NCBI GenBank assembly: GCA_016219015.1 | Contig: JACRCL010000032.1 | Location: 26,588 to 90,587 of the forward strand | Source of the DNA: Deltaproteobacteria bacterium | GTDB taxonomy: Bacteria; Desulfobacterota; GWC2-55-46 | Direction of reading: 5' to 3' | Length of the DNA stretch: 64,000 nt | Part shown: piece by piece, positions 48,781 to 59,581 of the stretch | Layout of the letters: each line of letters starts with the position of its first letter | Position numbering within the stretch: position 1 is the stretch's first letter | Program-made: the position numbers and the translations under genes | The notes under the pieces: model-generated | What the model was told of the DNA's origin: nothing | Seen by the model: only the letters and a program-made list of their open reading frames with translations | The model's database searches: none

Positions 48781-51600
48781 ATGCATATTCTGGATAACCG
48801 GCTCAGGCACGCGCTGACCGGCCTTATGGCCGCGGCTGTTTTACTGTTCTCGGGGTGCGCCTCTACCGGGCCCAAGGCGGTCAACGAGCCAACCCCTGGA
48901 GAGGAAAAGACGGAAAAGGCCCAGCAGCAGGCCCCGAAAGAGGAGAACAAGGCGCCTGAGAAGACGGCGGTCGAGTACATAAACGTAGTGGGCGAGGGCG
49001 ACAGGGTCCTCATAGGCACCACGGGGTCGGTAAGGTACACGGTGTTCAAGCTCTCGGACCCTTCGAGGCTCATAGTCGACATGCCCGGCGTGAACCTTGA
49101 CAAGGTCTCGGCGAACATCTCCGTCGGCAACGACTTCCTGAACGACATCACGGCCGTGAACTACGGCGAGAACAAAGAAATAGGAAGGCTCGTCATAAAC
49201 CTCAAGGAGGGCATAGACCACGAGGTGAAATCCGGCGAGAACAGCATCCTCGTTACCCTTAGAAAGGGCGGGGCCGCCGTAGACGCTTCGGCCGCCGTCG
49301 TAAAGGCTTCAGCCTCGGCCGAGGTAAAAGAGAGCGCGCCTGTTGCGGTCGCGCAGGCGCCCGCTGAGGAGCAGACACCCGCGCCTCCGGCCGTCGAGCC
49401 AGCCCCTCCTGTCGCGCCGGCCCCCGAACAGGCCGCCCCGGAGCAGCCTGCCCTGAAACAGGCCACGAAGATCGTAAAGATAGACTCGTCGAAAGACGGG
49501 CAGAATACGGTGATAAAGATACAGGCTGACGGGGCACTGGGGAATTTCAATTCCTTTGAGCTCGACTCGCCTTCGCGCATAGTCGTTGACATCTGGGGCG
49601 TCGATAGCGCCCTCGGCAAAGACCTCGTGAAACTTAAGGGCGGTCACATAAAGGACGTTAGGGTCGGCAGCCACCCCGACAAGGCGCGCCTCGTCTTCGA
49701 CGCCGCAAAGGCGAAGCTCCCGCCCCATTCGATAGTCAAGGATAACGATACAATAACCATAACCATCGGCCCGGCGGTCATCCCTGCTGAAAAGAAGGCC
49801 CAGGCCCCGAAGGAGTCCGTTGCAAAGGCCGAGGCGCCTGCTGTGAACGCGGCCCCTAAGGAGCCCGCAAGCCCGGCGCCGCAAATGCCGGCCGAATCCG
49901 AGGCAAAGTCGAGGATAGAGTCCGTTGACTTCAGGAAAGTGGCCGGCACCGCGAGGCTCACCATCACCGGCACCGCCAAGACAGAACACGCCGTAAAGGA
50001 CTCGTCCGACGGCAAGACCCTGGTCATCGACATAAAGGACGCGGTAATCTCGAAAGAGCTGACGAGGACGCTCGACGCCTCGAAGTTGAAGACCAATGTG
50101 CTGTCGATAAGCTCGTACCAGGAGTCGACTAAAGCACCTCAGACAGTTCGAGTCCTTGTAAAGCTCGTTGACAGGACCGCGTACAACGTAACTGAAGAGA
50201 ACGGGTCCGTCGTGGTCGAGTTCGCTTCCCCGGCCGAGGCGCAGCCCGCGGAAGAGAAGGCGGCAGCCGCCAAGAAAGAAGCGCCCATAACGGTTACCGG
50301 GAAAGAGGGCGCGGGCAGGGAATACACCGGCAGGAGAATCGACCTCGACATGCTGGACGCCAACATAACGGACGTTATCAGGCTCCTGGCCGAGATAAGC
50401 AACCTTAACATCATCGCCTCTGACGACGTGAAGGGCACGATATCGCTCCGGCTCAAGAACGTCCCCTGGGACCAGGCCTTCGACATAATACTCAAGGCAA
50501 AGGACCTCGACAGCATCAGGGACGGCAACGTAGTAAGGGTCGCCCCGGCGCTTAAGATAAGGCAGGAGAAAGAGACCGCCCTCGCCTCCAGCAGGGCTCA
50601 GGAAAAATTGGAGAACCTCGAAACGGAGTTCATCCCGGTAAGCTACGCCAACGCGGACGACCTCATCCCGCACATAAAACCCGTATTGACCGAGCGCGGC
50701 AACGTAACGAGCGAGAAGAGAACGAGCACGCTCATCGTACGCGACATAAGGAAAGGGATAGAGGCGGCAAAGGAGCTTGTAAAGAGGCTCGACAAGATAA
50801 CACCCCAGGTATTGATAGAGGCCCGGATAGTCGAGGCTGAAAGCTCGTTCGCCAGGGACCTCGGCATCCAGTGGGGCGCGGACTTCCAGACCGGCGGCGA
50901 TCTCAGCACGAACACGTTCGGCAGCACCGCCACGGCCGGCCAGACCCCGCCCAACCCCTCGGTCACCCCCCCGACATTCACGGGCAGGAGCGGCGTGCAG
51001 GACTTCGCGGTAAACCTCCCGGCCGCGGGCACGGCCGGCCCGCTCGGCGCGCTCGGCTTCGTGCTCGGCAAGGCAGGGTCGAACCCGCTTATCATCGACC
51101 TCCGCCTCTCTGCCGGAGAGTCCGAAGGCAAGGTGAAGACCATATCACGCCCGAGGATAAGCACGCTCGATAACAAGGACGCGAAGATAGAGCAGGGTGA
51201 GTCGATCCCGTTCGAGACGACATCGGCCTCAGGCACGGCCACGCAGTTCGTGGACGCTAACTTAAGCCTCACCGTGACGCCGCACATCACGCCGGACGGA
51301 AGGGTGTCGATGAAGATAAAGGCGAGCAGGAACTCCATCGGCTCCTTCAGGACGTCGTCCGGCGCGCCTTCGATAAACAAGAAGGAGTCCTCCACGGAGG
51401 TGCTCGTATCGGATAACGAGACGACCGTCATAGGCGGCATAGTGATAACCGACAAGAGCGAAACCGAAAAGGGCATCCCTCTGTTGAAGGACATCCCGGT
51501 ATTGGGCTGGCTCTTCAAGAGCAAGTCGGTCTCCGACAAGCAGACGGAACTCCTCATATTCATAACGCCGACAATCATGAAGGACAAGATAGCAGGCTGA
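48781..51600 (+). CDS. pilQ: Secretin PilQ with about three AMIN domains
   Basis: Lipobox FSGC; LSDPSRLIVD / LDSPSRIVVD AMIN motifs; VPWDQA; PQVLIEARIVE; DIPVLGWLFK. Confidence 0.95.
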   Translation: MHILDNRLRHALTGLMAAAVLLFSGCASTGPKAVNEPTPGEEKTEKAQQQAPKEENKAPEKTAVEYINVVGEGDRVLIGTTGSVRYTVFKLSDPSRLIVDMPGVNLDKVSANISVGNDFLNDITAVNYGENKEIGRLVINLKEGIDHEVKSGENSILVTLRKGGAAVDASAAVVKASASAEVKESAPVAVAQAPAEEQTPAPPAVEPAPPVAPAPEQAAPEQPALKQATKIVKIDSSKDGQNTVIKIQADGALGNFNSFELDSPSRIVVDIWGVDSALGKDLVKLKGGHIKDVRVGSHPDKARLVFDAAKAKLPPHSIVKDNDTITITIGPAVIPAEKKAQAPKESVAKAEAPAVNAAPKEPASPAPQMPAESEAKSRIESVDFRKVAGTARLTITGTAKTEHAVKDSSDGKTLVIDIKDAVISKELTRTLDASKLKTNVLSISSYQESTKAPQTVRVLVKLVDRTAYNVTEENGSVVVEFASPAEAQPAEEKAAAAKKEAPITVTGKEGAGREYTGRRIDLDMLDANITDVIRLLAEISNLNIIASDDVKGTISLRLKNVPWDQAFDIILKAKDLDSIRDGNVVRVAPALKIRQEKETALASSRAQEKLENLETEFIPVSYANADDLIPHIKPVLTERGNVTSEKRTSTLIVRDIRKGIEAAKELVKRLDKITPQVLIEARIVEAESSFARDLGIQWGADFQTGGDLSTNTFGSTATAGQTPPNPSVTPPTFTGRSGVQDFAVNLPAAGTAGPLGALGFVLGKAGSNPLIIDLRLSAGESEGKVKTISRPRISTLDNKDAKIEQGESIPFETTSASGTATQFVDANLSLTVTPHITPDGRVSMKIKASRNSIGSFRTSSGAPSINKKESSTEVLVSDNETTVIGGIVITDKSETEKGIPLLKDIPVLGWLFKSKSVSDKQTELLIFITPTIMKDKIAG

Positions 51601-51618
51601 TATAACGCTTCAAACTCG

Positions 51619-51652
51619 ATGCACCCCCTCTCGCGAGGGGGTGCATTTTTTT
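51619..51652 (+). terminator. Rho-independent terminator after pilQ
   Basis: 12-bp stem ATGCACCCCCTC-TCGC-GAGGGGGTGCAT followed by a T run. Confidence 0.88.
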
Positions 51653-51709
51653 ATGCCTTTTTTCCAATTTATTAGTGCTTAAACAGGGATAATTTGGTAT
51701 AAAAGACTG

Positions 51710-52900
51710 ATGCTTCGATACCTTACATCAGGCGAGTCCCACGGGAAGGCCCTCATGGCGATACTCGAGGGCATGCCTTCCGGGCTTGCGATAAGCTCAT
51801 CCTTCATAAACGGGGAGCTTAAAAGGAGGCAGTCCGGCTACGGCAGGGGCGGACGGATGCGGATAGAGTCCGACCGGGCCGAAATAATCTCCGGCATAAG
51901 GGGAGGCCTGACGCTCGGCAGCCCCATAGGGCTCCTTATAAACAACCGCGACTGGGAGAACTGGAAGGACGCGATGTCGCCCGGTGCTGTAACCGGAGAT
52001 AGCAGGGCAGTGACCAGGCCCCGGCCCGGACATGCCGACCTCACCGGCGGGCTTAAATACGACCATACGGATTTGAGGAATATACTCGAACGCTCAAGCG
52101 CGCGCGAGACCGCCGCGAGGGTGGCGGTAGGCGCTGTCGCCAAAAGGCTCCTTGAAGAGTTCGGGATAGAGGTCTACAGCTGGGTCACCAACATAGGCGG
52201 CGTAGAGTGGAAGGCCTCGCACGATAAGCCAGGCAGGATTTTCGAAATGGCCGAGGCTTCGGATTTAAGGTGCCCCGACGCGAAGGCAACTGATGAGATG
52301 AAAAAAAGGATAGACCGGGCGCGCAAGGACGGAGACAGCCTCGGAGGCATATTCGAGGTCGTTGCCGTGGGCGTGCCTCCGGGGCTCGGCAGCCACGTCC
52401 AGTGGGACAGGAAGCTCGACGGCAGGCTCGCGCAGGCGCTTATGTCCATACAGGCGATAAAGGGCGTCGAGGCGGGCGTGGGGTTCAGGGCAGGGGCCCT
52501 GCCCGGCTCAAGGGTACACGACGAGATATTCTATAAGCGTGGCGGGACAAAGGTGAGGGGCTTCTGGCCGCAAACCCCGCGCTTTTTCAGAAAGACCAAT
52601 AACGCGGGCGGGATAGAGGGCGGCATGTCCAACGGGGAGCCGGTTGTCCTGAGGGCCGTTATGAAGCCGATACCGACGCTCTATAAGCCCCTCCGGTCGA
52701 TCGACATCCAGACCAAAAGGCCTTTTAAGGCGAGCGTCGAGAGGTCGGATATATGCGCCGTCCCGGCGGCCGCGGTCATAGCCGAAGGGGCAGTAGCATT
52801 CGAATTGGCTAATGCTTTCATTGATAAGTTCGGAGGAGACTCCGTCGCAGAGACAGGCCGGAACTACAGAGGGTATTTGAAGCAGATATCGGTTTATTGA
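51710..52900 (+). CDS. aroC: Chorismate synthase
   Basis: [37 protein letters not shown]. Confidence 0.96.
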   Translation: MLRYLTSGESHGKALMAILEGMPSGLAISSSFINGELKRRQSGYGRGGRMRIESDRAEIISGIRGGLTLGSPIGLLINNRDWENWKDAMSPGAVTGDSRAVTRPRPGHADLTGGLKYDHTDLRNILERSSARETAARVAVGAVAKRLLEEFGIEVYSWVTNIGGVEWKASHDKPGRIFEMAEASDLRCPDAKATDEMKKRIDRARKDGDSLGGIFEVVAVGVPPGLGSHVQWDRKLDGRLAQALMSIQAIKGVEAGVGFRAGALPGSRVHDEIFYKRGGTKVRGFWPQTPRFFRKTNNAGGIEGGMSNGEPVVLRAVMKPIPTLYKPLRSIDIQTKRPFKASVERSDICAVPAAAVIAEGAVAFELANAFIDKFGGDSVAETGRNYRGYLKQISVY

Positions 52901-52951
52901 CCTCCTTTAGTCTATTCAGCCAAATCCGGATAATAAAAGTCAGGGCTTATC

Positions 52952-53470
52952 ATGCACAATATCGTGCTCACGGGCTTTATGGGCACAGGGAAATCGACTG
53001 TCGGAAGGATACTGGCAAAGGAGCTCGATCTAAAGCCCGTTGACCTCGACGAGCTTATAGAAAAAGAGGCGGGCATGGCCGTCAAGGATATCTTCAGGGT
53101 CCACGGCGAGGCGCGCTTCAGGGAGATGGAGGCGGAGGTCATAAAAAAGCTCTCATCCGGCGCCTTCGGGCAGGGCCTCATCGTATCGACCGGCGGGGGC
53201 GCGGTCTTGAACCCACTTAACAGGGATTCTCTCAGGAAGTGGGGGACCCTCGTCTGCCTCACGGCCTCGGTCGATGAGATAATAAAAAGGGTAGGGGACA
53301 GGGGTGAAAGGCCGCTCCTTGCCACGGGCGACAAAAGGCAGGCGGTACTCAGGCTCCTGAAGGAGAGGGAGGATGCCTACAGGGACTGCGACATCGAGGT
53401 GGATACTACCTCGATAGACGCGAGGGGCGTGGCGGACAAGATAAAATCGTTCATACAAAAAAATAAGTAA
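52952..53470 (+). CDS. aroK: Shikimate kinase
   Basis: GFMGTGKST, GEARFREME, STGGG, RPLL. Confidence 0.95.
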   Translation: MHNIVLTGFMGTGKSTVGRILAKELDLKPVDLDELIEKEAGMAVKDIFRVHGEARFREMEAEVIKKLSSGAFGQGLIVSTGGGAVLNPLNRDSLRKWGTLVCLTASVDEIIKRVGDRGERPLLATGDKRQAVLRLLKEREDAYRDCDIEVDTTSIDARGVADKIKSFIQKNK

Positions 53471-53509
53471 ATCAAGTTGTTTAACCGCATAATTGATAAA
53501 ATACTTTAA

Positions 53510-54607
53510 ATGAAGACCCGCAAAGTCGTTGTCGCTCTCGGCGACCGCTCATACGAGATAACCATCAAAAGGGGCGTCCTTGACGAGGCAGGCCCTCTTG
53601 TAAAGGGGCTCGGCCTTACGGGCAGGGCCGCCGTTATCTCAAACCCGCTCGTCTTCGGCCTCTACGGCGAACAGGTCCTGAAAAGTCTGAAAGGAGCTGG
53701 TTTCGACGCCGTGTCCATAACCGTCCCTGACGGCGAGGAACACAAGAACCTCAAAGAGCTATCGGCCATCTACGACTCGCTTATCGCGCATAAGATGGAG
53801 AGGTCTTCGCCTATAGTCGCGCTCGGCGGGGGCGTAATAGGGGACATGGCAGGCTTCGCGGCCGCGACTTTTTTAAGGGGCGTCCCCTGCATACAGGTCC
53901 CCACGACTCTCCTTTCACAGGTGGACAGCTCGGTCGGCGGCAAGACCGGCGTCAACCACCCCCTGGGCAAGAACCTCATCGGCTCTTTCTATCAGCCGAA
54001 GGCGGTCTTCATAGACCCGGACGTCCTAAAGACCCTCGACAAACGCGAGGTAAGGGCCGGGCTTGCGGAGGTAGTCAAATACGGCGTGATACGCGATAAA
54101 GGCTTCTTCGAGTTCCTTGAAAATAGCTCCGGGAAGCTCACGGGCCTCGGCCCTGAGATAGAAGAGGCGATAGAGCGGTCCTGCGCCATAAAGGCCGATG
54201 TCGTGGGCAAGGACGAGACCGAGACGGGGCTCCGCTCCATGCTCAACTTCGGCCACACCTTCGGCCATGCGATAGAGGCCCTTTCCGGGTACGGCAGCTT
54301 CAGGCACGGCGAGGCGGTATCCATAGGCATGGTGATGGCTTCCAGCCTCTCGGTGGCTCTCGGCCTTTGCGCCCCGTCCGTAGAAACCCGCGTAAAGGCC
54401 CTCTTCAACTCATTGGGCCTGCCCGTAGACCCTCCCCTGATACCCGTGGACAAGTGGATCGAGTCGATGAAGCTCGATAAGAAGGTTAAAGAGGGGAAAA
54501 TTCGGTTCATCCTCACTGAGGATATAGGCAGGGTAGCGCTCAGGGAGGTTAGGGAAGAAGAATTGAGGGCCTTTTTAAGGGGTTTGGGCGCCGTAGGGAA
54601 AGCATAA
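53510..54607 (+). CDS. aroB: 3-dehydroquinate synthase
   Basis: GGGVIGD, PTTLLSQVDSSVGGKT, LNFGHTFGHAIE. Confidence 0.96.
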   Translation: MKTRKVVVALGDRSYEITIKRGVLDEAGPLVKGLGLTGRAAVISNPLVFGLYGEQVLKSLKGAGFDAVSITVPDGEEHKNLKELSAIYDSLIAHKMERSSPIVALGGGVIGDMAGFAAATFLRGVPCIQVPTTLLSQVDSSVGGKTGVNHPLGKNLIGSFYQPKAVFIDPDVLKTLDKREVRAGLAEVVKYGVIRDKGFFEFLENSSGKLTGLGPEIEEAIERSCAIKADVVGKDETETGLRSMLNFGHTFGHAIEALSGYGSFRHGEAVSIGMVMASSLSVALGLCAPSVETRVKALFNSLGLPVDPPLIPVDKWIESMKLDKKVKEGKIRFILTEDIGRVALREVREEELRAFLRGLGAVGKA

Positions 54608-54656
54608 GTTTTGCTTGACTTATCATCGATTCTTTAATAATTTAGGGCATTACCTA

Positions 54657-54869
54657 ATGGGCAATATCAAGGCCGGAGACGACATATTCTTTACCGCTAC
54701 GATGGCGGAAGTCCTCGAAAAGCAGGGGCATTTCGAGGACGCCCTCATGATATACAAGATACTCGCCGACACCACCCCCTGGGACCAGACCCTTAACTTC
54801 AAGATAGAAAGGCTGAAGGGGCTCGCCGAGAAGAGCAGGAGGAAACCGGCCCCAAGGTCAGGCTCTTGA
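54657..54869 (+). CDS. Small single-TPR protein
   Basis: TATMAEVLEKQGHFEDALMIYKIL TPR-like motif; host-type codon usage. Confidence 0.65.
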   Translation: MGNIKAGDDIFFTATMAEVLEKQGHFEDALMIYKILADTTPWDQTLNFKIERLKGLAEKSRRKPAPRSGS

Positions 54870-54888
54870 CCCCCATGGCGGGGAGGTT

Positions 54889-55251
54889 ATGATGGCTTTC
54901 CTCGAAATCTTAAAGGACATGGTCGAAGGCGTTGGCGGCGGGGTAGCCGCTACCATCATGGGCATGGACGGCCTGTCGATACAGCACTACGCCTCCTCGT
55001 CCGATTACGACGTCGACTCCGTCGGGGTCGAGTACGGAAAGGTCATAGACGAGATAAAGCACGCGTCCACCCTCCTTAACCTCGGCGAGGTCGAGGAGGT
55101 GATGGTTTCCACCCACGGGACGGACGTCCTTTTGAGGATGGTCACCCCTGAGTACTACATAGCCTTTGTGATAGGCCACGGCGCCAACGCGGGCAGGGCA
55201 AGGTACCTGCTCCGCAGGGCCACGGCAAGGGCCAAAGAAGAGCTCAAGTAA
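54889..55251 (+). CDS. Roadblock/LC7 protein (MglC-like)
   Basis: IMGMDGL, GRARYLLR; position downstream of pilQ. Confidence 0.8.
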   Translation: MMAFLEILKDMVEGVGGGVAATIMGMDGLSIQHYASSSDYDVDSVGVEYGKVIDEIKHASTLLNLGEVEEVMVSTHGTDVLLRMVTPEYYIAFVIGHGANAGRARYLLRRATARAKEELK

Positions 55252-55274
55252 AATAGCGGCGGCAAAGGCACCTT

Positions 55275-56369
55275 ATGAGGGGGAAACCGGACGTGCCCGG
55301 CTACAAGGCAAGGCTTGACGGCGTCGGCTCGAAGATGGATGAAAAGAAGCTCGGCGCGCTTCTTGTTACCGACATAAAGAACATAAGGTATCTATCGGGG
55401 TTTACGGGCTCAAGCGCGTACATACTGTTATCAAAAGGAAAGAGGTGGTTCCTCACAGACCCGAGATACGCGACACAGGCCGGGGAAGAGGTAAAGGGCT
55501 TCAACATAAAGATATATAAAAAAAAGGCCCTCGATACGATAGCGGGGCTCATGGCCGCGCCTTCAGCGCGGCCAATAGGTTTTGAAAGCGATAATATAAG
55601 CTTTGACGCTTACGGGAAGCTCAAAAAAGGCCTGCCCGGGGCGAAACTGAAGCCCGCGCCCGGCATAATAGCGGATTTAAGGAAGAGGAAAGACCCTTTC
55701 GAGGTACGGCGCATAAGGGACTCGGTCGGGGTGCTCGACGCGGGCTTTGAAAAGGCCATGCGCCTCCTTAAGCCGGGGGCTATTGAGCGGGAAGCGGCCC
55801 TTGAGATAGAGTTCGTCTTCAAGGAAAAGGGCGCCGAGGGCCTCGCGTTCGATACGATAATAGCCTCGGGTCCCCGCGGCGCGCTCCCGCACGGCAAGGC
55901 CTCTTCCAAAAAGATAAAAAAGGGCGAGCTCGTCGTGGTGGACATGGGGGCCCTGAAAGACGGATACAACTCGGACGAGACCCGGACCTTCTCCATAGGC
56001 AGGCCTTCCACGGAACAGAGGAAGGTATACGGGGTAGTAAAAGACGCGCAGGCAAAGGCAATAGACGCGATAAGGCCGGGGGTAAAGGCGTCCGCGGTGG
56101 ACGCGGCCGCGAGAGGCCACATAAAAAAGGCGGGCTACGGTAAGTTCTTCGGCCACGGCACCGGCCACGGGGTAGGGCTTGAGATCCACGAGGGCCCCGC
56201 GATAAGCCCCCTCAGCAGGGAAGTGCTCGAAGAGGGGATGGTCATAACCATAGAACCAGGGATATATCTGCCCGGCTCTTTCGGCGTGCGGATAGAGGAT
56301 ATGGCGCTTGTCACCAGGGACGGCTGCGAGGTATTGACCCGGACATCAAGGGAGCTTGTTTCTTTGTAA
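55275..56369 (+). CDS. Xaa-Pro aminopeptidase (M24)
   Basis: YLSGFTGS, HGTGHGVGLEIHE, TIEPGIY, GVRIED. Confidence 0.93.
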   Translation: MRGKPDVPGYKARLDGVGSKMDEKKLGALLVTDIKNIRYLSGFTGSSAYILLSKGKRWFLTDPRYATQAGEEVKGFNIKIYKKKALDTIAGLMAAPSARPIGFESDNISFDAYGKLKKGLPGAKLKPAPGIIADLRKRKDPFEVRRIRDSVGVLDAGFEKAMRLLKPGAIEREAALEIEFVFKEKGAEGLAFDTIIASGPRGALPHGKASSKKIKKGELVVVDMGALKDGYNSDETRTFSIGRPSTEQRKVYGVVKDAQAKAIDAIRPGVKASAVDAAARGHIKKAGYGKFFGHGTGHGVGLEIHEGPAISPLSREVLEEGMVITIEPGIYLPGSFGVRIEDMALVTRDGCEVLTRTSRELVSL

Positions 56370-56380
56370 TAGGAGGATAG

Positions 56381-56824
56381 ATGGACATTAAGGACATTAA
56401 AAACATATACAAGTTCCTTAAAGAGACGGACATAGTCGAGTTCGAGCTTGAGGGGCAGGACGGCAAGGTGAGGATAAAAAGGGGCGTTGCCGCCATGGAG
56501 ATGCCCGCGCCCGTGATAATGGAGAGAGAGGCCGCGAAAGAGGCGAAGAAGGAAGAGCCTGTTGAGAAGAAGCCCGAGAACGTAAAGATAATAACCTCGC
56601 CCATGGTAGGCACGTTCTACAGGTCGCCCTCCCCGGAGGCCCAGTCCTTCATCGAGCTCGGCTCCATAGTCAAGACCGGGCAGACGATGTGCATAATAGA
56701 GGCGATGAAGCTCATGAATGAGGTCGAGAGCGAGTATAACGGCAAGGTGATTTCCGTCCTCGTCGAGAACGGCCAGCCTGTCGAGTACGGCGAGCCGCTC
56801 TTCCACATAGAGGTCTCGAAGTAG
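56381..56824 (+). CDS. accB: Biotin carboxyl carrier protein
   Basis: [17 protein letters not shown]. Confidence 0.96.
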   Translation: MDIKDIKNIYKFLKETDIVEFELEGQDGKVRIKRGVAAMEMPAPVIMEREAAKEAKKEEPVEKKPENVKIITSPMVGTFYRSPSPEAQSFIELGSIVKTGQTMCIIEAMKLMNEVESEYNGKVISVLVENGQPVEYGEPLFHIEVSK

Positions 56825-56896
56825 AGATAATAAATATCGGTTCCCGGCCTTGACGCCTTTCCAACCGGTCCCCGGCCGCAATCCCAAGCAAAGAAA

Positions 56897-57032
56897 GGAA
56901 GCCTCTAAAAATAAAAATTAGGAATTTTTTCTGAAGTCAAGGAAGGGCGGAAATAAAAAGCGCAGCATTTGTCCATTTTTATTTTCGGCCTGACGCAGAG
57001 GTCAGGGAAAAGAACAATTTTTAGAGGTAGCC
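56897..57032 (+). mobile_element. Family-C MITE upstream of accC
   Basis: GCCTCTAAAAA...TTTTTAGAGGTAGCC; reverse complement of 58374-58501. Confidence 0.85.
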
Positions 57033-57038
57033 GAAAAT

Positions 57039-58373
57039 ATGTTCAACAAGATACTAATAGCCAACAGGGGCGAGATCGCCATAAGGGTAATAAGGGCGTG
57101 CAAGGAGATGGGCATAAGGACGCTGGCGGTGTATTCCGAGGCGGACAGGGAGGCCCTGCACACGAGGTTCGCGGACGGCGCCATCTGCATCGGCCCGGCC
57201 AAGAGCGCCGACAGCTACCTGAACGTCACCTCGCTCATAAGCTCGATGGAGGTCGCGGACGCCGAGGCCGTGCACCCCGGCTACGGTTTTCTTTCCGAGA
57301 ACGCGAGCTTCGCCGAGGCCTGCGAGAAATGCGGCATAAAGTTCATAGGCCCGACGTCCGCCACCATGCGCCTTATGGGCAACAAGGTACAGGCCAAGAA
57401 GACGGCCGAGGAGCTCAAGGTCCCGGTCCTGCCGTGGTCGAACAGGGCGCTTAGCGACGAGAAGGAGGCGATAGAGGTCTCCAAGAAGATAGGCTTCCCG
57501 GTGCTCATCAAGGCGGCGAGCGGCGGGGGCGGCAGGGGCATGAAGCTCGTCCATACGCAGGCGAGCCTCGCCAGCGCCTTCAACATGGCGAAGACCGAGG
57601 CGATCGCGGCCTTCGGCGACGGGGAGGTCTTCATCGAAAGGTTCTGCGAGCTGCCGCGCCATATAGAGATACAGATAGTGGCCGACGAGCACGGCAACGT
57701 CATACACCTGGGCGAGCGCGAATGCTCCATCCAGAGGAGGCACCAGAAGATACTCGAGGAATCCCCCTCCCCGCAGGTCGACAAGCGCCTCCGGCATAAG
57801 ATGGGAGAGGCGGCCGTAAAGCTCGCCAAGGGGATAAACTACACGAACGTCGGCACGGTGGAGTTCCTGCTCGACAAGGACAAGAACTTCTACTTCATGG
57901 AGATGAACACGAGGGTCCAGGTGGAGCACCCCGTAACCGAGATGGTCACCGGCGTGGACCTCGTTAAGGAGCAGATAAGGATAGCGGCCGGACAGAAGCT
58001 AAGACTCAAGCAGAAGAACGTCGAGTTCAAGGGGCACAGCATAGAATGCAGGATAAACGCCGAAGACCCGAGGACATTCATGCCGTCGCCGGGCAAAATA
58101 ACCGAGCTCGTCTTCCCGGGCGGGCCCGGCGTAAGGATTGACGCGGCCATTTATTGCGGCTACAACGTCCCGCCCTACTACGACAACCTCCTTGCGAAGC
58201 TCATAGTCCATGCCGAGACAAGGGCGGACGCCATCATACGCATGACCAGGGCGCTCGAGGAGTTCCACATAGGGGGGATAAAGACCAATATACCCCTGCA
58301 CCTCAAGATAATGAAGGACCACGACTTCATAGCCGGCAAGACGGACATAGACTTCCTTTCAAGGTTTACTTAA
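57039..58373 (+). CDS. accC: Biotin carboxylase
   Basis: [34 protein letters not shown]. Confidence 0.97.
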   Translation: MFNKILIANRGEIAIRVIRACKEMGIRTLAVYSEADREALHTRFADGAICIGPAKSADSYLNVTSLISSMEVADAEAVHPGYGFLSENASFAEACEKCGIKFIGPTSATMRLMGNKVQAKKTAEELKVPVLPWSNRALSDEKEAIEVSKKIGFPVLIKAASGGGGRGMKLVHTQASLASAFNMAKTEAIAAFGDGEVFIERFCELPRHIEIQIVADEHGNVIHLGERECSIQRRHQKILEESPSPQVDKRLRHKMGEAAVKLAKGINYTNVGTVEFLLDKDKNFYFMEMNTRVQVEHPVTEMVTGVDLVKEQIRIAAGQKLRLKQKNVEFKGHSIECRINAEDPRTFMPSPGKITELVFPGGPGVRIDAAIYCGYNVPPYYDNLLAKLIVHAETRADAIIRMTRALEEFHIGGIKTNIPLHLKIMKDHDFIAGKTDIDFLSRFT

Positions 58374-58501
58374 GGCTACCCCTAAAAATTGTTTTTTTTC
58401 CTGACCTCTGCGTAGGGAAAATAAAAATGGGCATTTGCTCCGCTTTTTATTTTCGCCCTTCCTTGACTTCAGAAAAAATTCCTTTTTTTTTAGAGGCAGC
58501 C
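58374..58501 (-). mobile_element. Family-C MITE abutting the accC stop, inverted
   Basis: TTAA duplicated at 58370-58373 and 58502-58505; TIRs GGCTACCCCTAAAAA / TTTTTAGAGGCAGCC. Confidence 0.88.
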
Positions 58502-58702
58502 TTAAAGCGGCGCACAGGTTAAACCCGCCTGAATCCCCTCTTATGGCGCCGGGCCTGTATTGAGCGGCATTCTGCCAGGAATTTTGTGTTTTTCCTTAAT
58601 ATTCCCCCATATTCCTCCGATATGTACTATAAATCGTTTTCGTGGCAAATCCCGGCGAATTAGAGTAGAATATATTGGATATTTTATTCTACGAGGTCTG
58701 TT

Positions 58703-59533
58703 ATGGAATCCTGGAGGCTCATCCTCGACCCTGATCTTGAGGGCCCCGAAAACATGGCTCGGGACGAGGCGATATTGCGGGCCGCTGACTCGGGCTCCAA
58801 GCTCCCGGCATTGCCGACATTGAGAGTCTACGGGTGGGCTTCTCCGACCATCTCCATAGGGTTTGTACAGAACCCCTCGCATCTGCTCGGCCACGGCCTG
58901 CCGGTAGTCCGCAGGGTCACCGGCGGCAGGGCCGTATTGCACGATAACGAGCTTACCTATTCCATCGTGGTGCCTTCCTCGAACCCCCTTTTCTTAGAAG
59001 GCATAACAGGGGCGTATTCAGCCATAAGCGCCTGCATATTGAAAGCCCTAAAAGACATCGGCATAACGGCGTCGTTCTCCCGCGGCACGCCGAAAGGGCG
59101 TAGCCCGCAGAAGGACGGTTGCTTTTTCTCGGCCTCGAGGTACGAGATACTCGTCGAGGGTAAAAAGCTCGTCGGGAGCTCACAGAGACGCTTCAGGAAC
59201 GCGTTCCTCCAGCACGGCTCCATCCTCTTCGGCGTAAACGCCGGGCTCAATGCCCGGCTTTTCGGCAAGGGCGTGGTGGACAGGATGTCGTGGATAGGGG
59301 CGCACTCAAAGGCGGGCAGGGGCGACTTCAGGGGGATGCTGGTAAGGCGGGTCTCTGAAGGGCTCGGCGCGTCGTTCTCCCCCTCGGGCCTGACTGAACA
59401 GGAGCTCTATCTGAGGGACAGCCTCATGAAGGCGAAGTACTCAAGCCCGCTCTGGAACCACTCGTGCGCCAGGAGGTTTCAGGATATTGTCCGCACAGTC
59501 CCATCCAACGGGGAAAGACCCGAAGAAGAATAG
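58703..59533 (+). CDS. Lipoate/octanoyl ligase-transferase family (LplA/LipM-like)
   Basis: NMARDE, RRVTGGRAVLH, KKLVGSSQ, LQHGS. Confidence 0.88.
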   Translation: MESWRLILDPDLEGPENMARDEAILRAADSGSKLPALPTLRVYGWASPTISIGFVQNPSHLLGHGLPVVRRVTGGRAVLHDNELTYSIVVPSSNPLFLEGITGAYSAISACILKALKDIGITASFSRGTPKGRSPQKDGCFFSASRYEILVEGKKLVGSSQRRFRNAFLQHGSILFGVNAGLNARLFGKGVVDRMSWIGAHSKAGRGDFRGMLVRRVSEGLGASFSPSGLTEQELYLRDSLMKAKYSSPLWNHSCARRFQDIVRTVPSNGERPEEE

Positions 59534-59581
59534 CCTCCCGGGTTTTTACCCGCGGAAATTACTCCAAGGCTGGTAAAAGGC

